DNA of 62,907 nt, counting the filler, from Sphacelaria rigidula (taxonomy: Eukaryota): NCBI GenBank assembly GCA_964200075.2. It is 10 parts of 10 records of this genome, joined end to end, with 100 filler letters (N's around TTAATTAATTAA, not from the genome) between each part and the next. Parts side by side here need not be neighbours in the genome. Positions count along the whole stretch, not along the records: positions 1 to 6,201 come from CAXNAA020021548.1; positions 6,302 to 12,502 come from CAXNAA020021549.1; 8 more parts are not named here. One strand, written 5' to 3'. The position numbers were made by a program, and so were the translations under genes. This document shows positions 1 through 9,960 of this stretch, in pieces. The number at the start of each line of letters is the position of its first letter. The first letter of the stretch is position 1. The notes under the pieces are model-generated. The model did not search any database. It was not told the origin of the DNA and saw nothing but the letters and a program-made list of their open reading frames with translations.

Positions 1-228
1 GTACACAAAATTCGACTCAACGGTCGACGAGGGGAAGGGAGTGCTGAACCCCTCTCGCGAGAAAATGTAAAGGCAAGTACCGTAGAAGGAAGGTGGGGTA
101 CTTGAATAAAAAAGACGGTGCTGACCCTCTTCCTGTCTGACCCCGGCTGGTGCGCCCACATGTACCGAAAGGTGTACACCGGCGTACAGAATCGATGGTA
201 TGACAACACACACACACAAACACAAACA

Positions 229-300
<72 letters not shown>
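1..300 (+). mobile_element. SINE family 1, 5'-truncated by the contig edge, ending in a (CA)n tail
   Basis: Body matches 53732-54101 (+) and 45921-46282 (-), which carry a tRNA-like head; (CA)n at ~203-300. Confidence 0.75.
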
Positions 301-303
<3 letters not shown>

Positions 304-504
304 TTTCATTCAGCGGCCGCTCTCAAAACCTTGGTGCCAAGTGAATCTGAAAAGTGGGCTAGGCTCCTCGCTGTGGGGTGATGCAAAGTGTCCAAGACGT
401 GCGTTGGTAATTTTCCCTGTTTGAGGGGTCAAAAAGTGGATCAAACGTCCCAAACGTGAACAATCCGTAGACCAAAAATCTGTTTGCCATAACGTTCGGT
501 CTCA

Positions 505-680
505 ACCCATGAAAAACGACACGTCAATTTTCTTTTTGTCTGCTCGACGTTTTCTGTTATTTTGTTTTTCAGCGAATGCTTCAGTTTTGTTTTGTCTTGG
601 GTCCGTCTATCATGTGACCACGGCTGGATCCCCGGGGGGTCAGTTATTTCTGTAGAGTGTGACAATCAAGCAATCGAATC
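505..680 (+). mobile_element. 3' end of dispersed retroposon-like family B ((CAAT)n tail)
   Basis: Motif gtcttgggtccgtctatcatgtgaccacggctggatccc...gacaatcaa recurs at 19212-20560(-), 47400-47541, 47810-47880, 54762-55030(-), ~25680-25760. Confidence 0.65.
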
Positions 681-691
681 TCTCACTCAAG

Positions 692-1770
692 CTTGAGTCA
701 CACCTGTAGTGTACGTACTACACTACAGTAGTACAGGAGTGAAGAGTGGTGCCGGGACGCATAGAGCAGCAGCAGAGAAAATAATCTGGAAGCAGACAAG
801 CAGACAGCGATAGTACATTGCCGCCACAGTAGGTCATTGCCATGCTCGTGTATTGATATATCCCTATCTTGGTATCGTTGGTTGTGTATTTCCGTGGCCG
901 CCAGCGCTGGCGCCGATGCCAGCGGCAGCGGCTGCCATGCTGGCGGGTGCAAGTAGTACCCTGGCGGTGCAGTATGGCCGCACTATGCTGTGGGATGTTC
1001 CTTCCATCCGAGCACGGCTCTGGCCCAGCCGGTCGAGCGGTGTTCACCGGCGCTGATTATGTGTCTTTACCCAACCATGTTCGTTTTCTCGCAAATGATG
1101 GGTGTGGGTATCGTGAACTTTTCAACAAACAGTAAAGTGTGGAGACAGCACTACGTCAGGACTATATTTTGCAGAGACGACGACACACGCGGCCATTTGG
1201 TTACCCCCGCAAAGAAATATCTCCAAAGGGATCAAAGACCTCCAGAGGCAAAACAAGATTCTGGAGGAAACCAAAAACTACCCCTCGGAGGCGCGCGCAC
1301 GCCTCCGGAGGAATTTGGGGGTAGCAAAATGCTTCCAGAGAGATGCGCGCCCCTCTAGAGGCAAAACACGCCCCCGAAGGCGTTTCACCCCTTTGGAGGA
1401 AACCAAAAATACTCCTCAGGAGAGCCGCGGACCCCTCCAGAGGCTTTCAATTTCTCTGCAGGCTCGAAGAATCGACCGCTCTGGAGAAATGTTGGGGGTA
1501 GCCAAATGGTCGCGTGTGGATCACAACAACACAGCAGCTCAGTCAGGCAATCTTAGCGGAGACCAAAATATGTTCGCCATGCAAACACACTACGAAACAG
1601 TGATAGCAGCTACTGCACATGAGAGTGGACGTGAGTGTATTTGTCCTGCAGTACAGTGAAGCAGGACATGTCTCATGTTGTAGTTCTTCGCCTGATTTTG
1701 AACGGGTCCTCAGTGCTTGCTTCGGGTGCCAATCTTGAGCGCTCGGCCTATAATCGTGCTTCGCGCAAAT
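692..1770. repeat. Dispersed repeat family A, interrupted by a MITE
   Basis: Colinear and highly similar to 27081-27830 in another contig; explains the similar spurious ORFs at both sites. Confidence 0.8.
1184..1518. mobile_element. MITE with CAC...GTG termini, 25-bp TIR, 2-bp TSD (GA); CMC/CACTA-like
   Basis: cacacgcggccatttggttaccccc (1184-1208) versus the reverse complement of 1494-1518 (cacacgcgaccatttggctaccccc); absent from the other family A copy. Confidence 0.8.
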
Positions 1771-3948
1771 AATTTATTTCATTCAGGGGGCTGCGCGGAA
1801 TATTTTCGAACACGGAGCCCCCACCCCCCTCCCGTCCCCCGCCCCTCCCGGAGAGCACTTTTCGGAAATTGTGATGATATATAAATATTCGTTAATTTCA
1901 TTGCAACAAATTGATCGATACCAAGCTGTGAAGCTGTAAAGGGGTACACACGGATCCGAGTTTCGCGAATCTGAGTCCCCCCGATTTGGCACAGATTGAG
2001 GTCTCGCCAGATTCGGCGTTGGTCCCCTTACAAGATGATTTAACCTCGTGAGTTCTATTAACAGTGCCGCAGTCGATCGTTCGGGCTCTTGGAGGCAGGG
2101 CTTAACACCTAACGGCCCACTCAACACGCGGAGTCATACAGATTTGGAGCCAAAGTTAAGAACCAAGATCACCAGCCATGTCGATAAGATTCGCAAGATT
2201 CAATATCCTTCTACTCTACTACAGGTCGGTAACGGATTTCTGCTTTGACTTCAAAAGCGGGCCAACATATCTTCCACCTATCATTCTGCAAACAAACCTC
2301 GACCGACCGCGGTTGACCTCAACAAGCACAACCACCGCTGGAGACAGAGAGACGTGCACCCTTTCAGAAGACTCTGCGAAGAGGAATCGGGGGCTCAACG
2401 TACAGTGGGTGACTTTATCCTTTGGTGTGGTGCCGATACGTGGCCCGCAGTGGACTCGGTGGTCGTGCATCTCCCCAAAGTGGAGAGGGCGTTATTCTAG
2501 CGCCCTCATCCCCACACAGGTACGTGATCAATTCAATCGCGCCGCAGCACCTTTGTATCATACTCTTAACCTCCCCGCGATCTGATTGGCTACCTTTTAC
2601 GCATGAATCAGTTTCATTTTTTTATTTAGGGTGCAGGCGGGTTCTCACACATGCCAGGTTACTCACTAGATGGCAAATCAAAATTAGGGTCACAAGTGCA
2701 TAACAGTTACAAGCTTAGGCAGGGCTCCGAGGCTCAGCGTTTGGTGGAGCTACTACAGTACATGGAAGGTGAGATCACATCGTGCGCCCGAACCCTATTT
2801 ATGTGTGATGCTGTTGCAAAACGCGAGATGCAAATGCCTCAGAAGTGCATTGTAGTAAAGACGGAGTTGTGCCGTGCTCTACAATCTACTGCCTGGAGTC
2901 TGTCCGCACGCGTCTTGGCTGCGTGCAAATGTTCGTTTTCAACGTCTATGCGAGCGCAGCAGGCAGGTAGCGTAGCAAGAAGTGCCTCACAGGGCTCGTG
3001 TACCGTGAAATCTAAATGGCAGGCGAAGAATCCGTTTGTAGGAGCCAGCACCTGCACTCACTTTTCCGGCGCATCGGGTGAAGTACTGCACAGCCCAAAC
3101 GGCACATTGCAGCACATCATGGTCTGCTGTAGATGATTCTCACAACCCCGTACTGCACATCTCGTACATGGCGCACGCTGTCACTCTTGATCAAGTCCCC
3201 CCATCACACTCTATGGGCTATGCTGTGGATACCACCCCTGCGCAATCTTTGAGATGGGCTGAGAGCTACTCGTCTAGAGCCACGGGAAACGCGTAAACAA
3301 TGTCTCTGTACAAAACTATTCTGAAAATGCCATCGCCAGCTCTTGGCCCCGGGGTCGGGGTCGCGTAGTTTAGTGTCACGTTTTTTATCACCCCTGTCAA
3401 AAACAACACACGGTGGGATCAGCAGACTCAATGAAGCATGAAGACGCACGTCATGTCGGCCTCCAACAAGAGAAAATGTCGGTTGCTCCCTCCTCCAAAA
3501 GCTCCAGCTCAAGTGCACTTATCGCAGCGCACAAACTGATGATCACTATTCCCCAACATCGGGCAGAACGGATGCTGATGGAGTATTGTTAGGGCTGTGA
3601 ACTGGCTGCTCCGGCCAGTTAAGTTTAAACCGACCGCGCCAGCGACCAGTGCATCGATTGTTTTCCAGTTAACCCTTTCGGGACCGATCCCCCTCTAACA
3701 CAGGGTCAGCCCCGTGTTGGTTGAAAAATATAAAATATCTCCTCGAGCGACCTCCCCATTCACGGCCAAGCGAAATTTATCGACCAGGCCCCAACGACCA
3801 GCGCGGGGACTTTTGTGGAGTGTGATGCCACTGCAAAGATCGTGTGGGAACCCTATCCCTGGCCCAGATAAGCCTTCCCAGGTTTCCAAGTGCAGGGTGC
3901 TCGCAGCTTGTTTTTATGGTATTACCTGCACAGTATACTGATTGCCGC

Positions 3949-4330
3949 GCCCCGGTGGTGTAATGGTCCGATTGTCGCCATTAGGGTGGAGCGAACGGGG
4001 GGGCGTACTCATTTGTTGCTTGCCTTAGTCATTTGACCATTGACCACGCATCCCTTTCGAGACGGAGCACAGTGGAGCGAACGGGGGTTCGATTCCCGAT
4101 GCGTTGGGCATTTTCTTCGTTATGTGTGATTTCCACGGTAAAAAGCTTGAGAACGTGAGTAAACAAAATAGTCGACTGCGTTTGTGTACGGTGAGTTGAC
4201 GTGGTGCGGAAGTGCTGGCCCAATCCGCGAGATCAAAAGGCACGTATCGGGGGAGAGAAGTATTGATCCCTTGAGACCACGGACTCATCCCGAGGAAGAG
4301 AAGGGGTTCGAAGTGTGAGGAGAAGAAAAA
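3949..4330 (+). mobile_element. tRNA-derived SINE-like element interrupted by a LINE 3' fragment
   Basis: A box-like TGGTGTAATGG and B box GGTTCGATTCC; 4245-4320 recurs at ~49808-49880; 3' limit approximate. Confidence 0.55.
4002..4071 (-). mobile_element. Minimal 3'-end copy of the C-tailed LINE, 16-bp TSD
   Basis: TSD gtggagcgaacggggg at 3986-4001 and 4072-4087. Confidence 0.85.
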
Positions 4331-5402
4331 AAGTATACCGTTCCCGAGTTTTTCCGGAGTGTTTCTTGGGTCCCAATTCTATACTGAAACGTAGTAATTT
4401 ACATTAACACAGGGTGGACCGGAAAAAACCGGGAAGGAGTGCACATGCCACGATGTGGTCATTTTCACGAGGCACAAAATCCAGATGGGGTGTGGAAAGA
4501 CAAAAGGAGCTACCGTAATGATTTCTGCTCATCCCTCTGCCAATGACTTGCAGTGTGCAGTCCACATGTATGTAGTGGACCGGGATGACAAAGCTGTATG
4601 TATATAGGCAGCTGATTTCGGTAGCTGAGAATTGCCCAGAACGCGCAAGGGAGTATGCAGCGGTAGCTGCTGCTTCAGTCGGAGACGCGCACCGCACTGT
4701 ACTGTACTGTAGTATACTGTTGTATACATGCGCGCCGCAACGCTGATACCCTTCGCAGAGAATTTGCCCCATTCAACAAGGGGGGAACTGGCGGCCAACC
4801 CCTCCCACAAAGGGTTGTATGGCAAGGTGATGGGGACAGAAGTATCATCCAAAGCCACAAGTGGCGGGCGGCCTGCCGGTCGCCGCATCCTGTTGGAGGC
4901 TCTCTACCACGACTCATACTGCTTGCTACATGAGATGTACACCAGCTAATGCGCACCCTGCACCTGAAAATAGATTGGATGAAAGTTTCGGTCTTCGTCA
5001 TGACCCTGCGGTCGAATACGCGAATTTTCAGCAACACGCGACTGTTTCGTGCGGACGCCAGACACGTCATTCCTGACCAGCCTCATTGGTCGTTCTGGAG
5101 GCCCGGTCCCAAAAGGGTTAATCGGGCTTTGCCGACTATCTGGAAAACAATCGGCGGCGAGCGGTGAATCCGCGAGGCGGCCTTCCCGGCTCGTTAGGGG
5201 ACCCCGCGGGAGCGCCGCCGGAAGCGAGAAAAATTGCGTTATTTGGCTTGTTTTTCCTTGAAAAAATGTGGAAATTTGAAAAAATGGGAGCCCTCACATT
5301 GAGTAGCTCAAAGTCTTGGAGCTCAAAGTCTTGGATGACACAGGAGTGCCCAGAGAACAACCTCCGAGCCCCTATGTACCCCACCCCCCCCCTCCGACGG
5401 TC

Positions 5403-5463
5403 CGTCTCGAAAGGCATGCGCGGTCAACGGTCGAACGACTGAGGCAAGCAACAAATGAGTACG
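5403..5463 (+). mobile_element. Minimal 3'-end copy of the C-tailed LINE, 17-bp TSD
   Basis: TSD ccccccctccgacggtc at 5386-5402 and 5464-5480. Confidence 0.85.
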
Positions 5464-5549
5464 CCCCCCCTCCGACGGTCGTAGTTTGTTTTTTTTTACG
5501 TTGAGAAACACTCAACCAATAGCCATTTTGGGGCGACGTGGGTGAGGTA

Positions 5550-6133
5550 CGAGCTGGGCCAGCCAAGAGTGGGTGTTGATCTCGCTCAGGCGACGCACGG
5601 CGCGATATTGGGAATTGGACGCTGAATTTTTGACAGTAGCTTTTTATGATCGAAATGCAGAAGATCACGGGATCAGCAAAGAAAAACAAAAAAACCCGTC
5701 ATGGACGTTTAAAATTTCAGCGAAAACAAGACACTGTCATAAGTACAGGATAAAAAGAGAGAATCTGCAGCTGGACACGTGAAGAACCAGTTCGTTGGGT
5801 GCAGAAGGTCTTCCTGCAATTTCAGCTCAAGAGTCGTCGGATTGGGCCGTGCGTTCAACATTTTCCTTGAGGCTGCTGCACCCGTATTAATCAAGTGATG
5901 GGACTCCAGTTATGGAGGTCATGAGTTCGAATCCCGAGATATTCTCTTCGTCCGTCGTTAAGGTCATACATGCAGTACATTTTTTTTCATTTTTTTTTCA
6001 TTCAGCGGCAGTGCCGTGTGTCACCAGGTTAGTCTAAACTTCACAGTGATATGCTTACATCGGGTTCATTCGGGAAAACTGGGGGAGCTGTGGTGTGAGC
6101 AACTTTTAGCAGCTTTTATGCTGGCCCAGCTCG
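5550..6133. mobile_element. Tc1/mariner-type MITE (CGAGCTGGGCC TIR, TA TSD)
   Basis: TA|cgagctgggccagc ... gctggcccagctcg|TA; internal homology to 19288-20211. Confidence 0.8.
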
Positions 6134-6201
6134 TAGCGCCCATGATTGTTGGCCCTATCTGCCACTATAAGATGCGACGCACATTGGACGCAAATTGACG
6201 G

Positions 6202-6301
6202 NNNNNNNNNNNNNNNNNNNNNNNNNNNNNNNNNNNNNNNNNNNNTTAATTAATTAANNNNNNNNNNNNNNNNNNNNNNNNNNNNNNNNNNNNNNNNNNN
6301 N
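6202..6301. other. Artificial contig-joining linker (N44-TTAATTAATTAA-N44)
   Basis: Identical linkers start at 12503, 18804, 25105, 31406, 37707, 44008, 50308 and 56608; the palindrome gives stops in all six frames. Confidence 0.98.
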
Positions 6302-6766
6302 TGGATTCTGGAGGAGTCCCTCACTGAATAGCCCTCTTGTTCAGATCGTCTGGCAGAGGCTATAATATCTAGATATTATTCTTCGGCACTCTGTTAGAGG
6401 AGTTTTGGCTGAGGAGGGATAGGGCTGCAGTATAGATAGATCTAGTTCAGCCCGCAAACGAAAGACAGCTTACATCGCACAGCGTTCGTTTGTCTTGAAC
6501 TCGCTTTGTGGGTGCTGTAGCCAGAATACATCAAGGCGTAGTAGAGGTAGCATGTGTAGGATCCTGGATGATGACCAGGGGACAAGGGCATCCTGTGGAT
6601 GATGACCCTTGCTGTGTAGCCTAAGCCTGATGGTACAGGTCGCGGCTGCTTATTTCGTGAATGGAGCTCTAAGAGAAGTTCTTATCGAGGGTGAGGCCAG
6701 TGGATTCTGGAGAAGTCCCTCACTGAATAGCCCTCTTGTCCAGATCGTCTGGCAGAGGCTATAACG
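6302..6766 (+). mobile_element. LTR-like sequence (6392-6766) preceded by the 3' end of a second copy
   Basis: 64-bp direct repeat, 6302-6365 and 6701-6764; TGTTAG...ATAACG ends; motif ggccagtgga...gagtccctca also at ~13318-13345 upstream of the Gypsy gag. Confidence 0.45.
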
Positions 6767-6882
6767 CTCAAACTACGGAGACCCCCTCCACCCGGCGAAG
6801 CAGCTCGTTGGAGTTCAACATACAATACGCAGATATGTTGGTACCAATTGGAGCTCGCAGTCCTCGTCTTCTACATGCTCAC

Positions 6883-7020
6883 CTGCACGCGGCCGAGAAT
6901 ATCAACTAGGGTGGCATTTCTTAGCCACAGCTGAGCTTCCCTCAACGCAATGGCAACGGGACGTTTCTCCCCCGCCAGCGTGGCCTCTCGCAGCTCTTCG
7001 TAAAAGCACAAAATTAATAT
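6883..7020 (-). CDS. CHAT-domain protein, internal exon (third of three seen)
   Basis: cag|ILILCFYEELREATLAGEKRPVAIALREAQLWLRNATLVDILGRVQ|gtgag; FY..L...G...A.ALR.AQLWLR is the CHAT C-terminal signature; phase 0/0. Confidence 0.85.
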
Positions 7021-9070
7021 CTGATGTTTCACGCGGGTAAAATACAGGTGGAATACATATTTCAGTTTGCGGATACCTGGTAAAAACGTAGACATCACTA
7101 CTAGGGCTTACAGCTGAAGGCCCGTGCTTGTGAATGCTAGAAGCGTAGGTCCTCCTCATCGGTATCTGCCTCGCATCCTCGAGCGGCGAGTAACAGTCGA
7201 TCATCACTCGTGTGAACTGACGGAAATATGCCTTCTTCAGAGTACTCTCATCTCGTCCACGACAAACGCTACCTACAGGTCAGAAGTGAAGCTATATCCT
7301 GGTAGCACACACAGCTCTCGTATAATGACGAATGAAACGTGATAATTCTACTCGGAGTGGGGAATCACCTTTCGGGGGCAGAGACTGCAATTCCGAGACT
7401 AGAATATTACGCAAACACCACTGCTCAAGCCTCCGATGACCTAAGTAATACGCCAATGTGGTGAATTTATAATGCGATACACCCCCTCCGATTTGGAGCG
7501 CACAAAGGGTGCAATCTGCGTGCGCCTGTTCAACCCTTCGGCTCCCTCGGCATACGTTGTAACTCTAACTCTCCCTCCGTTTGAAACGCACCGGAGGGTG
7601 ATCTGCACAGCCGGTTTGTTTCACATCCTTCACACCGAGTGCCATCCAGGAAAAAGCGGTGGGCGAGACATACCTACTGCGTCACGAGACATTCCTCTGA
7701 GTTTGCCGTAGCCTCTTATTATCACGAGCATGGACGCCCCCAAAACGAACAAACACATGCACCGCAGGTGCTGGAGCATAAACTTTTCCAAGTCCTAAGC
7801 ACAACAAGATCTTCCTGCGACTGTACTTGTTTTTACATTTCAATCATATGATATACCCCTTGCCCTCTACGAGTGCGCTCTATTTACAATATGATCGTGT
7901 GTTTAACCAATTGCCCTTCCCGCCCCATGCCCCCCCTCAGGACGAGCTGAGTTATCGTCTGCAGCAAACCCATCCCTCCGTCGATACCTCGCCTCGCGCG
8001 TTATTGTCAAGCAGCGAATCGGCACGTCCACAGCACATTGCTTCTCATTGTTCTATGTACTTGCTTCGCTCACTCCCGCTTTCAAGTTTTAGGACAACGA
8101 AAACCAACATAGAAAGGACTCTACTGTAAGGAGTCGAAATCACGGGAACCACTGCTACGGCTGATGCACCTATGTGAGACAGCCAGGATGCGGAGATAGG
8201 GACTTGTACACAACCGTCACTCATTTCTAGCTGACTCGTTTTTGGACCCTGTCATATCAAATACGCAGTACGTGCGGATGGCGCGAAAATTTATGTGTAT
8301 ACTATATTCTCTCTATCCTGCGCTGTTTTGTTAATCGTTCAGCACCCTTTGGTGTCGTAATAGTCCGAAAACCGACGCAAGGCGTGCCATCCACCGGCAC
8401 AAAGGATACTATTCACCACGCAAGATGAGCGCATGAGAGCTGATGACGATACTAACAACCCTGCTCCGATGTATTTTGCGCTTTAGCTCGTTTTATTTTC
8501 CACCCCGCTGCATGACGCCTTTGCTTAATGGTATGGCCACTACAAACGCTCGAGTGCAACCTACTTCCGCCGTCTTGCTTCTCGTACGGCCTCTTATCTC
8601 AAGCCCTGGCAGGGGCTTGTCGAGAATTTATATCGCCTTCGCCACTGGGGTTTACCCTGACGTCTATGTTAGCCTATTGTGTTTGCTTCACCGCGTTTCT
8701 GTTTTTGATCCGTTTTCTCGACGTTATGTCAGCCGTTTAAAAAAAATCTATCTTCACCTTGGCTAGCACTACTCCGTGACCATGGTTGAAATCGCTGCGG
8801 ATCGAATAGTATGCGATGACCAACCAAGCAACCCTTAAACAAATCATGTTGGTAACCTTACAGAAGAACATCTAGCTCGCAACAGATGACTCCGTCTGCG
8901 TGGAGGACAACACTTACTTCCTTTGCTGCACGTCATCTCATTTTCTTACACGTTGGCCTAGGCCAGTTGGGCAAGTCAACACAACGGCACCAGCCTACGA
9001 TGGAAGTATCACACGAATGAGCGTAGTATATAAAATTCGGTTTCATTATTATTTTTCAGCAAATACTCAC

Positions 9071-9261
9071 CGTGTCAACCAACGCAGACTCCTCATCATA
9101 CCACATTTTCTGCATGACTGTCCGCGCTCCCGCAGCAATAAATGCCTCCGCAAGAGCAAGGGGGGGGGTCTTGGGTGGCTCCTCACCCACGCCATTCCCC
9201 CCCCTGCCCTTCTCTCGATCCTCCTCACCACTCTCGCTATCGTCACTGTCACCTCCTACAC
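9071..9261 (-). CDS. CHAT-domain protein, internal exon (second of three seen)
   Basis: ...PLALAEAFIAAGARTVMQKMWYDEESALVDT|gtgag matches CHAT (GLARAFLAAGAxxVxxSLW); phases fit both neighbours; the acceptor could be 6 nt downstream. Confidence 0.85.
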
Positions 9262-9812
9262 CTTTTTTCATTCAGCGATGAGGGAAGCGACAGGTTTTAC
9301 TGTCCTCATGTTGTTGCTGCTGCAGCTGCTGCAACTGCTGTTTTAGTCGTTTCGTTTTGACCTATGTGTAAGATTGTGCTTTTGTTATCAATCACCTCCC
9401 AGTTCTGATACACACAAATCAGCCTGATTTCGCGGACAAGCGGTCGGAAATTACATGGAAATTCGAAGATCGCACTACTTCAGGAGTATACCGTGAAACC
9501 ACGCGCACACGATACTAAATGCTAGGTTCAAAGTATCCCTGGATTATGAGCAGAAGTTTGATTACTCCCCCGGATAAACGGCATTGATTTTTGTCCCCTT
9601 TGCCTTAGTAGTATCTCGTGATGTCGTCTCCGCCGGATGATCGAGTTTGAAGTGATGCTAGGGATGACGGAGCATCGTACCCGGATGCCGAGTAGTCCTC
9701 GGGGGTCTGAGATACGCAATGTACTTCCTTTCCCTCCTTCCCTCATTCCCCCCTTCCCCCAACCCCCCACACTTTTGGCCCCCCACGCTTCCTCTACCGT
9801 TGAAGGACTTAC

Positions 9813-9960
9813 CGGGAGCAATAATGGCGCCGATGGACATTGCAGTCCTACTTTCTGCGTCTTCAACGCTAGACATGTGATCTATGACACCCCCGCGTGA
9901 CAACACCACCAGTGCACAAGAGCGCAAGTGCAATGTTTTGAGGAGAGAGGCGGCGCCCAC
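9813..9960 (-). CDS. CHAT-domain protein, internal exon (first of three seen)
   Basis: cag|VGAASLLKTLHLRSCALVVLSRGG...GAIIAP G|gtaag; LVVLS motif; ends in phase 1, matching the next exon. Confidence 0.75.

Larger units (their letters stand above)
3673..5117. mobile_element. Non-autonomous piggyBac-like element
   Basis: TTAA|ccctttcgggaccg ... cggtcccaaaaggg|TTAA; 13/14 TIR match, CCC termini, TTAA TSD. Confidence 0.7.

Noticed and set aside
17..424. Low-complexity ORFs (CV/HT repeats; also poly-L at 25239, poly-C at 32469)
   Set aside because: Translations of microsatellites
853..1056. Conserved small hydrophobic ORF shared with 27297-27779
   Set aside because: Similarity is explained by DNA-level repeat homology, and the frames differ between copies
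2651..3136. Cys-rich KDZ/CxC transposase fragment
   Set aside because: No convincing motif spacing
3949..4100. Functional tRNA genes here and at ~5880, ~19820, ~46210, ~53735
   Set aside because: A/B boxes are present but acceptor and anticodon stems do not close; embedded in repeats
6246..6257. Periodic TTAATTAATTAA motif as a biological signal
   Set aside because: Synthetic linker embedded in N runs
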